DNA from: Eledone cirrhosa
Lineage: Eukaryota
DNA: 64,000 bases
Assembly (NCBI GenBank): GCA_964016885.1
Contig: OZ024742.1
Span: 11,532,001 to 11,596,000, forward strand
Reading direction: 5' to 3'
Shown: piece after piece, positions 11,066-24,612 of the stretch
How positions within the stretch are numbered: position 1 is the first letter of the stretch
Layout of the letters: each line of letters starts with the position of its first letter
Position numbers and translations under genes: made by a program
The notes under the pieces: generated by a model
What the model was told of the DNA's origin: nothing
Seen by the model: only the letters and a program-made list of their open reading frames with translations
The model's database searches: none

Positions 11066-11271
11066 TGTTTTCCTGTTTTTATTCTATTCTCTTTTTTCTG
11101 TTGTATTTCAAATATCAGATGTTCCATTCTCATACAATTTAATCAAATTTTGCATCAACACAAAACATATTGCTAGCACAGAAGAAGAAGAAGAAGAAGA
11201 AGAAGAAGAAGAAGAAGAAGAAAAAAGCAACAGCATTCACAATACTCCTATGTATGTATGTATGATATTTA

Positions 11272-11311
<40 letters not shown>

Positions 11312-11335
11312 TATATATATATATCTATATATATA

Positions 11336-11373
<38 letters not shown>

Positions 11374-11385
11374 TATATATATATA

Positions 11386-11489
<104 letters not shown>

Positions 11490-11592
11490 TATATATATAT
11501 ATACATATATATATAATATTATATATATATATATATATATACATATACACACATACAAAACCATATGTTTATATATATATATACATATATAT

Positions 11593-11794
11593 TTTTAGTA
11601 TATGTTGGTTGTATACCAACACCTAAGTATGCAGGCTGGAGCACTCGACGAAGTGCGCAGGTTGGTTTGGTTACTCGGGAGTAATGTAAAATAAAGTTAA
11701 ATAAAAAGTCAAATGTTTAAAATTTAGCTTCGTTTATTACTGCGGTAATAAACGAAGCTAAATTTTAAACATTTGACTTTTTATTTAACTTTAT
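11593..11794 (-). mobile_element. Fold-back mini-element with perfect 50-bp arms (11691-11740 / 11745-11794) and a 4-nt loop
   Basis: Perfect hairpin plus one-sided tail containing gagtgctc on the minus strand; lies in (TA)n. Confidence 0.7.
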
Positions 11795-11973
11795 ATACAT
11801 ATATAGAAGAAGAAGAAGAAGAAGAAGAAGAAGAAGAAGAAGAAGGAGAAGAAGAAGAAGAAGAAGAAAGCAACAGCATTCACAATACTCCTATGTATGT
11901 ATGATATTTATATTATAACGGCGCTGAATTAGTTTTGCGAGGATTTTGATATGAAATCATGTGTCGAAACAAA

Positions 11974-12688
11974 TATTGTTATACTTGGGGAGGGTCATAT
12001 TTGTGTAATATTGCCAGAATTAATAACAGAACACACTCACTGTTTGGTTGGTTTTCGTTTTTCGCTTCTATGTCTTTTATATCGGTAATCTAATTTATTC
12101 GGTCCTCAATGTTGCCATTGACTGACCAACGGTCAAAAATAATACAGATACAATATAGACACAAACACATATATATAGTTTATCAAAATTCTTTCGTTGC
12201 ACATCTGCAACATCGTCAGTGGTGCTATTGTTTCCTCCCGTTGCATTGTATTTCCTGCGCCATCTTTATTTAGTCTGTTTATATATTTATTTATTTGTTT
12301 ATTTTATTTTGTCTCCTTTGCGCATGCGATTGCGTTTGTGTATAGTGTGTATAGTGTGTGTATAGTGTATATAAATAAATATATAAACAGATTAAATAAA
12401 GATGGCGTAGAAAATACAATGCAACGAGAGGAAACAATAGCACCACTGGCGATGTTGCGGATGTGCAACGAAAGAACTTTAATAAACTATATATATGTGT
12501 TTGTGTCTATATTGTATCTGCATTATTTTTGACTGTTGGTCAGTCAATGGCAACATTGAGGACCGAATAAATTAGATTACCCATATAAAAGACACAGAAG
12601 CGAAAAGCAAAACCAACCAAACAGTGAGTGTGTTCTGTTATTAATTCTAGCAATATTACACAAATATGACCCTCCCAAATATAATATT
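11974..12688. mobile_element. Inverted pair of PLE copy-2 3' terminal repeats without ORF
   Basis: 11974-12340 is the reverse complement of ~3385-3755 and 12366-12688 is a forward copy of ~3435-3755; HHRs at 12181-12224 (-) and 12441-12484 (+, core mutated to CTGGCGA). Confidence 0.9.
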
Positions 12689-12721
12689 AAATATATATAT
12701 ATATATACATACATATATATA

Positions 12722-12788
<67 letters not shown>

Positions 12789-12907
12789 CATATTTATATA
12801 CATACATATATATATATATACATCCATATATATATATACATTCATATTTATATATATATATACATACATATTTATATATATATACATACATACATATTTA
12901 TATATAT

Positions 12908-12994
<87 letters not shown>

Positions 12995-13017
12995 CATACA
13001 TATATAAATATATATAC

Positions 13018-13070
<53 letters not shown>

Positions 13071-13073
<3 letters not shown>

Positions 13074-13264
13074 CGAAGGAAATGTGGTAAGGAACTAGGT
13101 GGACCATAACGCACCAAAGTACTCAATACTTAGGGTAGTAGAGTGGGTAATAGGAACGAGTAGGACCCCGACAGCTGAGCTCAAGCCGTTTCGACGGCTA
13201 ATTCTGGAATGAATTAGCCGTCGAAACGGCTTGAGCTCAGCCGTCGGGGTCCTACTCGTTCCTA
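13071..13264 (-). mobile_element. Fold-back mini-element, same family as 2141-2338
   Basis: Hairpin centred at ~13205-13210; tail is the reverse complement of 2257-2335; long (TA)n flanks. Confidence 0.8.
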
Positions 13265-13295
13265 TATATATATATATATATACATACATATATAA

Positions 13296-13415
<120 letters not shown>

Positions 13416-13465
13416 CAATGAGAGGGATGAACACTGATAGAAGCATACATGTATATATATATATG

Positions 13466-13521
<56 letters not shown>

Positions 13522-13660
13522 GATATAAAGGTTTTACAGAAAAGTTTATTCAAAGATATCAAATTGTACAACTGGAATAACTGTATACATAATACACACA
13601 CACATATATCTATATATACACACACATACACGCTCAGAACACCCACACAACACAACACAT

Positions 13661-13726
<66 letters not shown>

Positions 13727-14107
13727 AGAATGTGTTATGTCCTGGGATTATCTACAATAACTTCTATGCTATGTAATGAGGATCAGTCCTAAGAAATTAC
13801 AAGACTTTTACACGAGTAGACATTTTTATTAAATTGAATGATAGCATACATCTAGCTGTGTATGTGTGAGGGATTGTTTGTGGTTTTGTGTGTGTGTATG
13901 TTTACATGTGTATGTGATAATGGGAGTCAGAACCTGTGTGTGTTTATAAATATATCAAATACATAGACAGAAATTCAGCCAAGCACACATAGACATATAA
14001 AAACGATGATAGCCGTCTTGAAACCGCTGGTAGTGCAGAGTTAAGTGAAACTATCAATGGAAATACTCAAGCCTCATATTACGTGTTGATATAATCTCTC
14101 TTTGTGA

Positions 14108-14225
14108 AGGCGCGTGGCTGAGCAGTTAGAGAATTGGATTCGCAATCGTGAGGTTGTGAGTTCGATTCCTGGATCGGGTGATACGTTATATCCTTGAGAA
14201 GACACTTTATTTCGCGTTGCTCCTT
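14108..14225 (+). mobile_element. tRNA-derived SINE 5' portion
   Basis: ggcgcgtggctgagcagttag..gagttcgattcc..cttgagaagacactttatttc; homologous to 5011. Confidence 0.8.
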
Positions 14226-14401
14226 CCGCATAGGGTTGCGACCGATAGATAGTATTAGCAATTGGAAAGACCAATGGAAACATTGTTTCTTCGATCCTAT
14301 TTGGCGAAAGTCGATCAAATGTTGATGATCTCTCGATATATATATATAACAGGTCGATACGCAATAAATATGTTTCATATGTAAACGAAACTTCCTCGTT
14401 T

Positions 14402-14432
<31 letters not shown>

Positions 14433-14555
14433 GTGTCTGTTTGAGTGTGTATGTGTGTGTGAATGTATGTAAAAGGTAAAAAGAAATGGTAAAAGAAACG
14501 GCGCAATAGATGGAAGAAATATATTAGTTTAATGCTTGAAATAGCAGGAAGAGAG

Positions 14556-14591
14556 TCTTAATGTTTCGGTCACTAGTCCTTCATCAGAAGA
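14556..14591 (-). ncRNA. Minimal type I hammerhead motif in PLE-type remnant (~14470-14680)
   Basis: Minus strand TCTT-CTGATGA-A-GGAC-tagt-GACC-GAAA-CA-TT-AAGA: stem I TCTT/AAGA, one stem II mismatch, CA probably decayed CG. Confidence 0.7.
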
Positions 14592-14674
14592 TAGAGTTAT
14601 AAGTAGAAGATACATAGAAAGTAAAGAGTGATAAGTGGAAGGAACTGGGAAAAATGAGGTAAAAAATCACGCCT

Positions 14675-14708
<34 letters not shown>

Positions 14709-14760
14709 TTTTTGAAATGCGCATAATAAAATATATGGAACTCTTTTAACCTCATTTGAT

Positions 14761-14814
<54 letters not shown>

Positions 14815-14872
14815 TGTGTGTATGTGTGTGTGTATTAAGGGGCATGGTTCAGACCGTATATAACCAGCGATT

Positions 14873-15450
14873 TTGGGTGCAGTTGCACCCAACCTTGCTA
14901 AAGCCACACTATTTAACCTATCATTGGCTACCGGTGTTGTTCCTGCCGACTGGACAGTAGCTATAATTTGCCCTATCTTTAAAAAAGGCGACAAAGAAGA
15001 TCCGGTGAACTACAGACCCGTGAGCCTCACCTCAATCGTCTGTAAAGCCTTGGAATCTCTAATTAAGCGGGCAATTATGGCTCATCTTGCGTCTTTCACT
15101 GCCATCTCTCCATCCCAACACGGTTTCATCCCGAAACGTTCCTGTCTTACAAACCTACTCGTGATGGAAGAATGGGTGAGGAGAATAATAGACGATGGAG
15201 ATGCGGCCGATATTATCTTTCTCGGCTTCGCAAAAGCCTTTGACTCTGTCAACCACCGCCTGCTCCTGCATAAGCTCAGCAACTATGGTCTCCATGATTC
15301 GATTATAAAGTGGATTGGATCATTCCTTGAGGGTCGTACTTGCAGAGTTCGGATCAATGGTAGTCTGTCATTGAGGGTGGGTGTAGGCAGCGGCGTTCCC
15401 CAGGGCTCTGTGTTGGGCCCAATTCTCTTCCTTCTATACATCAACGACAC
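14873..15450 (+). pseudogene. Non-LTR retrotransposon (CR1/L2-type) reverse transcriptase fragment
   Basis: PIFKKGDK..NYRPVSLTSIVCK..QHGF..SCLTNL..AKAFDSVNH..GVPQGSVLGPILFLLYIND; ends before the (Y/F)ADD motif, conserved D of LDF changed to G. Confidence 0.93.
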
Positions 15451-15530
15451 CTGAACTGTTGACCTTTCAACATGACTGCAATTCACACACACACCCCTAC
15501 TGACCATTATCACAACAATGAACCTTTTTA

Positions 15531-15604
<74 letters not shown>

Positions 15605-15914
15605 TTGTCTTAAAAGACTTATTTTTCAGTGACTTCTCAATAAGGCGAAAAAGGACACTCTTCGACAAACCTACATTTGGCGCAAAATCAATTTTTAACA
15701 TTCACGTGACCTCTACCAACCAATCAAAATTGTTTTGACTACAAGAATTTTTGCAGCACGAATTGGCGCGAAACTTATAGTAGTCATTCACGTGACATTC
15801 AACAAACAACCGAATCTTAATACCTCTGGAGCCACTTTTTTCACATAAAACAGGTAGAATTTCCAAAACTGATCAGATTAGAGCAAACATCACGAGCGCT
15901 CTATCTCAAAATTA

Positions 15915-15951
15915 TTTTTGAAAAGCATTAGAAATGCGCAACCGGTAAAAA
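15915..15951 (+). ncRNA. Hammerhead-like motif, U3-A8 variant (GAAA mutated to GCAA)
   Basis: TTT-TTGAAAA-GCAT-tagaa-ATGC-GCAA-CCGG-TA-AAA; same architecture as 444-479 with compensatory stem changes. Confidence 0.5.
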
Positions 15952-16122
15952 CTTAAAACTAAAACTGAATACTAACCAATACTTATTACTAATTTTTACT
16001 TATTCCTAATTAAACTATTTTCCACTGGGAAAAATTTGTCAGCATTTTCTTTTCCTTTTACTAATATATCACAACTCGTGTGTTACACCTCTATTCTTTT
16101 AAATATATATATATATATATAT

Positions 16123-16529
<407 letters not shown>

Positions 16530-16531
16530 TA

Positions 16532-16676
<145 letters not shown>

Positions 16677-16956
16677 GTGTGTGTTTGTGTGGGTGAGAAA
16701 GTAGTATGTATGTAAATATATATATAGACAAATATCTCAATGAAACGGTAGGTGAATGGAAATGTTTCACACATACATTACATGTCTTATCGTCTGTCGT
16801 AACAACACTGAGACCTACAGTTATATACAGTTATATACACATATATATACAGTTATAGACACATATCACATCACAGTTAAACATTGGGAGGCATAAATTA
16901 TACACACCTACGTGATTTCTATAATCAGACATACAACAGCTCGGAAACCACGGAAT

Positions 16957-17618
16957 ACTCACACACACACATGCTCACATATACGCATATGCATACATAC
17001 ACATGCACACATACACATACACACATTCACCCACACATACACATGCACACACACATCCGCACACACATACACACATGCTCACACACATATGAACACATAC
17101 ACATGCACATACTCACACACACACACACACATGCTCACATATACACATATGCATACATACACATGCACGCATACACATGCACACATATACATGCACACAT
17201 AAACACACATGTACACACACATGGACACATACACACATGCTCACACTCACATGCACACATAGATATGCTCACATACACACACACATGTACGCACACATGC
17301 ACACACACATACACACATGCTCACACACATACACTTATATGCTCACACGCACACGTACACAGACTCAGATACACATATGCTCATACGCACACATGCACAC
17401 ATACTCAAAACAACTATATTCTTGTGTGTGTGTATGTGTGTGTGTGTGTATATTTGTGTATGTATGTGTGTGCGCATGTGTTGGGCATGTGCTTTTGTTT
17501 ATGTTTATATATTGTGTGTGTGTGTATGTGTTTGTGTGTGTGTGTGTATGTATGTGTTTGTGTGTGTGCCTGTATGTATTTGTGTGTACATGTGTGTGTG
17601 TGTGTCTGTGTGTATGTA

Positions 17619-17661
<43 letters not shown>

Positions 17662-17685
17662 ATGTGTGTGTATATGTGTTTATTT
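16957..17685. repeat. Degenerate (CA/TA)n tract followed by degenerate (TG/TA)n tract
   Basis: Alternating purine-pyrimidine low complexity; polarity switches at ~17410. Confidence 0.9.
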
Positions 17686-18308
17686 AGTAGAACTTAATTT
17701 TAAGTTCAGATAAGCTGTATCCTCAATTCAGAATGATAAATAGCAAATAGAAATGGGAATACAATTCTGAAAGAACGGTTAAAATATTCAGTGGAGCGAA
17801 CCATCAATTGTTTTAAATGTCTTTAGATAAATAAACAAGAAAAAATAGCAATTCTAAACATAGGTATTATTTCCTTTCCGTTTGTAATTCAATCTTAGAT
17901 ACCCCGACTTCTTAAACTTCCAAAACGATACACATACCATTTAAAACATATATAAAACAAAATAGAACTACTCTGACAGTTGAAGCTGAGCTCTTTATCT
18001 CTTGTTTACTTGTTTGTTGTTTGTTCTTCTTGTTTTGTTTTGTTTTATTTTATTAATTTATGTTTGTCTTTAGTTTTGTTTTTTGTTTGTATCGTTTTAT
18101 TTCTTTGATGTTCCTTTATTTTTTTTATTTTTATTTTATATGGTAAAATTTATTTTATTTTATTCTATTTTATTTTTGAGCGCCTCATATATATATTTAT
18201 ATATAATTAATGTTGGTTTGGAAACCATTTGAACGCGAATAGAAAACATGATGGTGAAACTAGCGCAGGATAAAGTACGAAGCACGAATCAATAGTTTTT
18301 ACCATATA

Positions 18309-18350
18309 TTCCATTATATTTCGGGCTTATAACGCATTTATCAAACGGGA
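18309..18350 (-). ncRNA. Degenerate hammerhead-like motif, U3-A8 (TTGATAA) core
   Basis: Minus strand CCGT-TTGATAA-a-tgcgttataagccc-GAAA-TA-TA-ATGG; imperfect stem II; downstream tail ends in (TA)n at ~18190. Confidence 0.35.
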
Positions 18351-19139
18351 AAACCAAACTGACTTGTTTTACGAGCTATTCGTCCTCGGGTGAAACATTT
18401 CTGTATTCAAATTTGACAGTTACAGAACTCATTCGAATTCCTTCAATTACAATTCATACACCCTCTCTAATTGATGTATTGAGTAAATTAATTTATGGTA
18501 GTTCTTTTCTATTTTAACGGAAGATCTTTAAACACACATCATACACGCATCGCATTTATATATACATATAAAGTTTGTTTCATTTACAATTTATGTGTAT
18601 AAATAGTAAACGAATCACTAGACGCTTCACACAAAAAATCATATGTTTCCGATACATTGTGAATTGCCGATCTTCACACGGATGCCTGCTGCTTTAAACT
18701 ATGAAAGAAAGTAAATATTTGTCATTTTTCAAGTATATATCTGTATTAAAGACAGCAGAAAGAAGCTTTAAGACAAGAAAGTAGGCATTAAATTAACATT
18801 TCTCTCAAAAGGAAGAACTTGTGTCAACAGCTTGACAAACCGAGTCCAATAATAAAAGAAAATATATTTCTGTGTTAAAGTGATAAAAGAAAGCAAAATA
18901 AAAACAAAAAGAACCCTACCCTCTGGTGACAGGAAACAGAGAGACTATCACTTCCATCTTAAAGAATTTCATAAACACGCAAGATAAGAAATGAATCTAT
19001 ACGTATCATATCACAGACTGAGAACAAATTCAGATTTGAGATTATGTTTTACGTTCGGTTAACCCGAATTATACAGACAAAAGAATAATAATATTACAGA
19101 CAGAAGTCAATTACTTGTGTTGTTGTTATAGTTGTTGTT

Positions 19140-19410
19140 TAAGCCAGCCAATTGGAACAATCGTTAGAACGTCGGATAAAATGTTTGAGGTATTCGTTTC
19201 GGGTCCCTGCGAGGTTAATTTTGCTTTCATCTATTCGAGGTCGATAATAAAGAACCAGTCTAGTATTGGGATCGATTCTTCTAGATCTATTTCTTACTTT
19301 CTCTCACTTTCTATCCTTCTCTGGAAAGCTGCTGTATTCAGACCGGGAGAGGAAATGGGTTTCGTCAAGTTTTAAAATACCCTAGAAACACCGTATGTCA
19401 ACATGATGAC
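19140..19410 (+). mobile_element. SINE family 2 head with CT-rich linker and alternative 3' tail
   Basis: Collinear with 40362-40662, including gaaatgggtt..ttttaaaa..ccctagaaac..gtatgtcaa. Confidence 0.7.
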
Positions 19411-19981
19411 CCTCTAGCTTAGGAGTTACAGCTTCATATATTGTTGTTTATGCTAAGGTCGTGTATGACTGTCCTTTAATATCTAAGACCAGACACCAGT
19501 TGACTTCTATCACAAACTAAGGAGTTTAAACCGTGATACTCTTGTGGTTGATATCTGTTGTATCTGTTGTCTTATTTGCCATTTTCTTTCTATCTTCTCG
19601 AGTTTTTCAGGGCAAGAAACAATAAAAAAAAAAGCTCTAAAAACAAGCTCTGGGATTTGAATTCAGAAAGTATAGACCACAGAAAACTATCGTAAATAAA
19701 CTCCATTTATTAGATGCTTCAGTAAATATGGCGATCTCTCACTCTGATGACAGCAATAATAGTATTGTTTTTATAAAGAATTTATATATAGTTTTATAAT
19801 TATTTGTTTCTGGGGAAGATGGTAACATGGATCTATAGTATTAAGAATAATAATATGGGGTTACATAACTACTATCAATTAGTCAATATGTCGATTTATC
19901 ATGATCAATCAACCTTCTGAAACGATCGTAAAACAACGAACTGATCAATCACAAATCTTCGTCTTTTGTTTTCATTGTTCC

Positions 19982-20115
19982 CTTCTTCTTCTTCTTCTTC
20001 TTCTTCTTCTTCTTCTTCTTCCCGAGAAGGTCGTGGGGGCTAGAGCCCTCAAACACTTCTTCCAGTGGGTCCTGTCAGAAACAACCGTCACCAATTGATC
20101 CAGATGGATCCCCAA
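19982..20115 (-). mobile_element. RTE-like LINE 3' end with (GAA)n tail
   Basis: Homologous to 6860-6955 (cttccag.gggtcctgtcagaa.caaccgtc.ccaa.tgatc); (CTT)n at 19982-20020. Confidence 0.6.
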
Positions 20116-20359
20116 TCCACTTCCTCTCCCTAAAAATTGTTGTCATTTGCCTAAATCAGAAACTATTATACACACCAACGAGGGAGCTTTAACGAGTTGC
20201 TTGAGAAGCAAGAAATAACAACCAAATCTTCGTCAAATCTTATCTCTACTATTTAAACATGGGAAAAACCATTACATAAATGAATTGTAAATGACCCTTA
20301 AAATAGGTAATATATTCAAGACTGGAATACTTTTAATCTTAGGTTTACCTGATCTCTGC

Positions 20360-20580
20360 TGACAACGGATCTAACTCCATGAAAAGTTATCTAAGGATTA
20401 ATAAATATTGTTATTATCTTTAGACACAAGACATGACACAACAGATAGCAACGGAGCTGACTCCACAAAAGCTATCCAAGAATTAGTATTGTTATTATAC
20501 AGAAGACATGACACAACAGGTGAGAAGGGATCTGACTCCAGGAAAGTTATCCAAGGATTAATATGTATTGTTATTCTAGA
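20360..20580. repeat. Diverged ~77-88-bp tandem repeat, ~3 copies
   Basis: Recurring gga.ct.actcca..aaag.tatc.aag.atta..tattgttatt. Confidence 0.8.
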
Positions 20581-21501
20581 GATGGGTTTAAGACTAACAT
20601 TGTAGAGTAACCCTTATCTGTGAACCAACTTGTTTCAAAAACCAGTAACAATAATAAATTATAAGAAAAAGAGGATGTTGAACCGAAACAAATTTGAATG
20701 TTTTTGAACGCACAAGAATCGTGCCGCAGACAACTTTTAGTGGTGGTGGGGCTTTATTATGAGAGAGGGCGTAAACGAGAAAAAGTCACATCTTTTGATA
20801 ACGTAACCGTTAGAACTCTGTCATTCTGTCTACATAAACTTGGTGACCGACGACAAAATAATGTAAATGATTAAGAAATAATTAAATAACAACAAAAATA
20901 AAATAAATAAAACTAAACAGATGAGTAATATTATAATAAGTGGATTTGTAAATTCGACATGTTGTTTTTAATGTATTAGACATAAGACAAATAAATGAAT
21001 AGTGAATAGATATATAAATAGGGTAGGTTTAGTGACATAGTTGTTATTACTGTGTTAAAGTGATATATTGTTGAGACAGACATCATAGGGGAAGATGCAG
21101 ACCTATGACATGTGATTATATTTAAATATGGAGTCAACTAGTAATGTTAAGTCGGTGACACCCTCCCCTCCTCTACATCACTTCAACTTCTACTACTTTA
21201 CAACAATTGTTCGTATGTTTAATAAAATATTACACATATGTTATACTTTCCCCATTTTCAGTGACGTCGTCCTTGTTACCACGTGGAACATTTATTCATT
21301 TCTTCCGAAAATGTTTTCTATTTCTGTCTGTTTTCATAATGTAATTATATAAAAGAAATATTTTTGTTAAAACAAACCGTATTTCTAAAAGAATCTAGAT
21401 AGATACATAGGATTATAAATACGTATTGCTCAACATACGTACATTTCTTATTACTGTGGTTATTGTTGTTCAGTTTTGTCGACATTATATGATTCATTCA
21501 C

Positions 21502-22160
21502 TCGGTCTTATATTTCTTTGTATTAACACAGTTTAAATTAAAAGAAACAATTGCGATTTTGGAAGTGTTAGGGGACATACTTTCCGATGGAAGCCAATCA
21601 TCTCATGTATTTTCGTTACAGTTTCTGATTTGCCACTGAAATAAGAAACGGTTTTATAAATATTTCTGTTAGAAGTTTAGGTGATGTGTAGAACGTTGGT
21701 CATTGCCTTGATACTTTCCACTGGACTCAATGACATATTGCATATGTAGAGAATTGTGCCAACCATATTTTGCATGTATGGTCTTGTAACTCGTCGGGGG
21801 AGTCGTAGGGACGCCTTCTTGACATACAGCGTTTCTAGGGCATTTTTAAAATCTGGCTGAACCCATTTCTTTTCCTGGTCAGAATGCACCAGACTTTTTC
21901 CAGAGAGAGGGAGAGAGAGAGAATAGAATGAAGAAAGATATATAGAGGAAGGATCCACCCCATTACGTAACTGCTACTTTTCTTATCAACCTCGAATGGC
22001 TGAAAAGCAAAGTTGACCTCGGTAGGATTTGAACTGAGAGAGGAGAGCGCTGAAACAAACACCACAAAGTATTCTATATCAGACCTTCTAACGACTCTGC
22101 GAATTCGCCGCCTTGAAACATATTATACAAAACTAAATTTAGTGGAATTAGTGTAGTTAG
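21502..22160 (-). repeat. Satellite-flanking segment (contains SINE family 2 + tail), duplicated in inverted orientation at 40315-40979
   Basis: Reverse-complement match with a few substitutions and a (CT)n length change. Confidence 0.95.
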
Positions 22161-24612
22161 TAGTACATATTATACCGATAGTATACATTGTACTGATAGT
22201 ATATATTGTATTGATAGTATATATTGTACTGATAGTATATATTGTACTGATAGTACATATTGTACTGATAGTATATATTGTACTGATAGTTTCATATTAT
22301 ACTGATAGTATATATTGTACTGATAGTACATATTGTACTGATAGTATATATTGTACTGATAGTATATATTGTACTGATAGTATATATTGTACTGATAGTA
22401 TATATTGTACTGATAGTATATATTGTACTGATAGTATATATTGTATTGATAGTATACATTGTACTGATAGTATATATTGTACTGATAGTATATATTGTAC
22501 TGATAGTATATATTGTATTGATAGTACATATTGTACTGATAGTATACATTGTACTGATAGTATATATTGTATTGATAGTATACATTGTACTGATAGTATA
22601 TATTGTACTGATAGTACATATTGTACTGATAGTACATATTGTACTGATAGTATATATTGTACTGATAGTATATATTGTATTGATAGTACATATTGTACTG
22701 ATAGTACATATTGTATTGATACTACATATTGTACTGATAGTATATATTGTATTGATAGTACATATTGTACTGATAGTACATATTGTACTGATAGTATATA
22801 TTGTACTGATACTACATATTGTACTGATAGTATATATTGTATTGATAGTACATATTGTACTGATAGTATATATTGTACTGATAGTATATATTGTATTGAT
22901 AGTACATATTGTACTGATAGTACATATTGTATTGATACTACATATTGTACTGATAGTATACATTGTACTGATAGTATATATTGTACTGATAGTATATATT
23001 GTACTGATAGTATATATTGTACTGATACTACATATTGTACTGATAGTATATATTGTATTGATAGTACATATTGTACTGATAGTACATATTGTATTGATAG
23101 TATATATTGTACTGATAGTACATATTGTACTGATAGTATATATTGTACTGATACTACATATTGTACTGATAGTATATATTGTAGTGATAGTATATATTGT
23201 ATTGATAGTACATATTGTACTGATAGTACATATTGTACTGATAGTATATATTGTATTGATAGTACATATTGTACTGATAGTATATATTGTACTGATAGTA
23301 TATATTGTATTGATAGTACATATTGTATTGATAGTATATATTGTACTGATAGTACATATTGTACTGATAGTATATATTGTATTGATAGTATACATTGTAC
23401 TGATAGTATATATTGTACTGATAGTATATATTGTATTGATAGTATATATTGTACTGATAGTACATATTGTACTGATAGTATATATTGTACTGATAGTATA
23501 CATTGTACTGATAGTATCTATTGTACTGATAGTATACATTGTACTGATAGTATATATTGTATTGATAGTTTATATTGTACTGATAGTATACATTGTACTG
23601 ATAGTATATATTGTACTGATAGTACATATTGTACTGATAGTATATATTGTACTGATAGTATATATTGTACTGATAGTACATATTGTACTGATAGTACATA
23701 TTGTACTGATAGTATATATTGTACTGATGTATACATTGTACTGATACTACATATTGTACTGATAGTATATATTGTACTGATAGTACATATTGTACTGATA
23801 GTACATATTGTACTGATAGTATATATTGTACTGATAGTATATATTGTACTGATAGTATACATTCTACTGATAGTACATATTGTATTGATAGTACATATTA
23901 TACTGATAGTATACATTGTACTGATAGTACATATTGTACTGATAGTACATATTGTACTGATAGTATACATAGTACTGATAGTATATATTGTACTGATAGT
24001 ACATATTGTACTGATAGTATATATTGTACTGATAGTATACATTGTACTGATACTACATATTGTACTGATACTACATATTGTACTGATAGTACATATTGTA
24101 CTGATAGTATATATTGTATTGATAGTATATATTGTACTGATAGTATACATTGTACTGATAGTATATATTGTATTGATAGTATATATTGTACTGATAGTAT
24201 ACATTGTACTGATAGTATATATTGTACTGATAGTATACATTGTACTGATACTACATATTGTACTGATAGTATATATTGTACTGATAGTATACATTGTACT
24301 GATACTACATATTGTACTGATAGTATATATTGTATTGATAGTACATATTGTATTGATAGTATATATTGTACTGATAGTATACATTGTACTGATAGTATAT
24401 ATTGTACTGATAGTATACATTGTACTGATACTACATATTGTACTGATAGAATATATTGTACTGATAGTACATATTGTACTGATACTACATATTGTACTGA
24501 TAGTATATATTATACTGATAGTATACATTGTACTGATACTACATATTGTACTGATAGTGTATATTGTATTGATAGTACATATTGTACTGATAGTACATAT
24601 TGTACTGATAGT
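22161..24612 (-). repeat. 18-bp satellite block A (reads ATATTGTACTGATAGTAY on +)
   Basis: Tandem 18-mers. Confidence 0.98.

Noticed and set aside
15700-15800. Promoter-like CACGTG x2 and CCAAT
   Set aside because: Short motifs with no downstream gene; probably part of the repeat remnant carrying the 15915 motif
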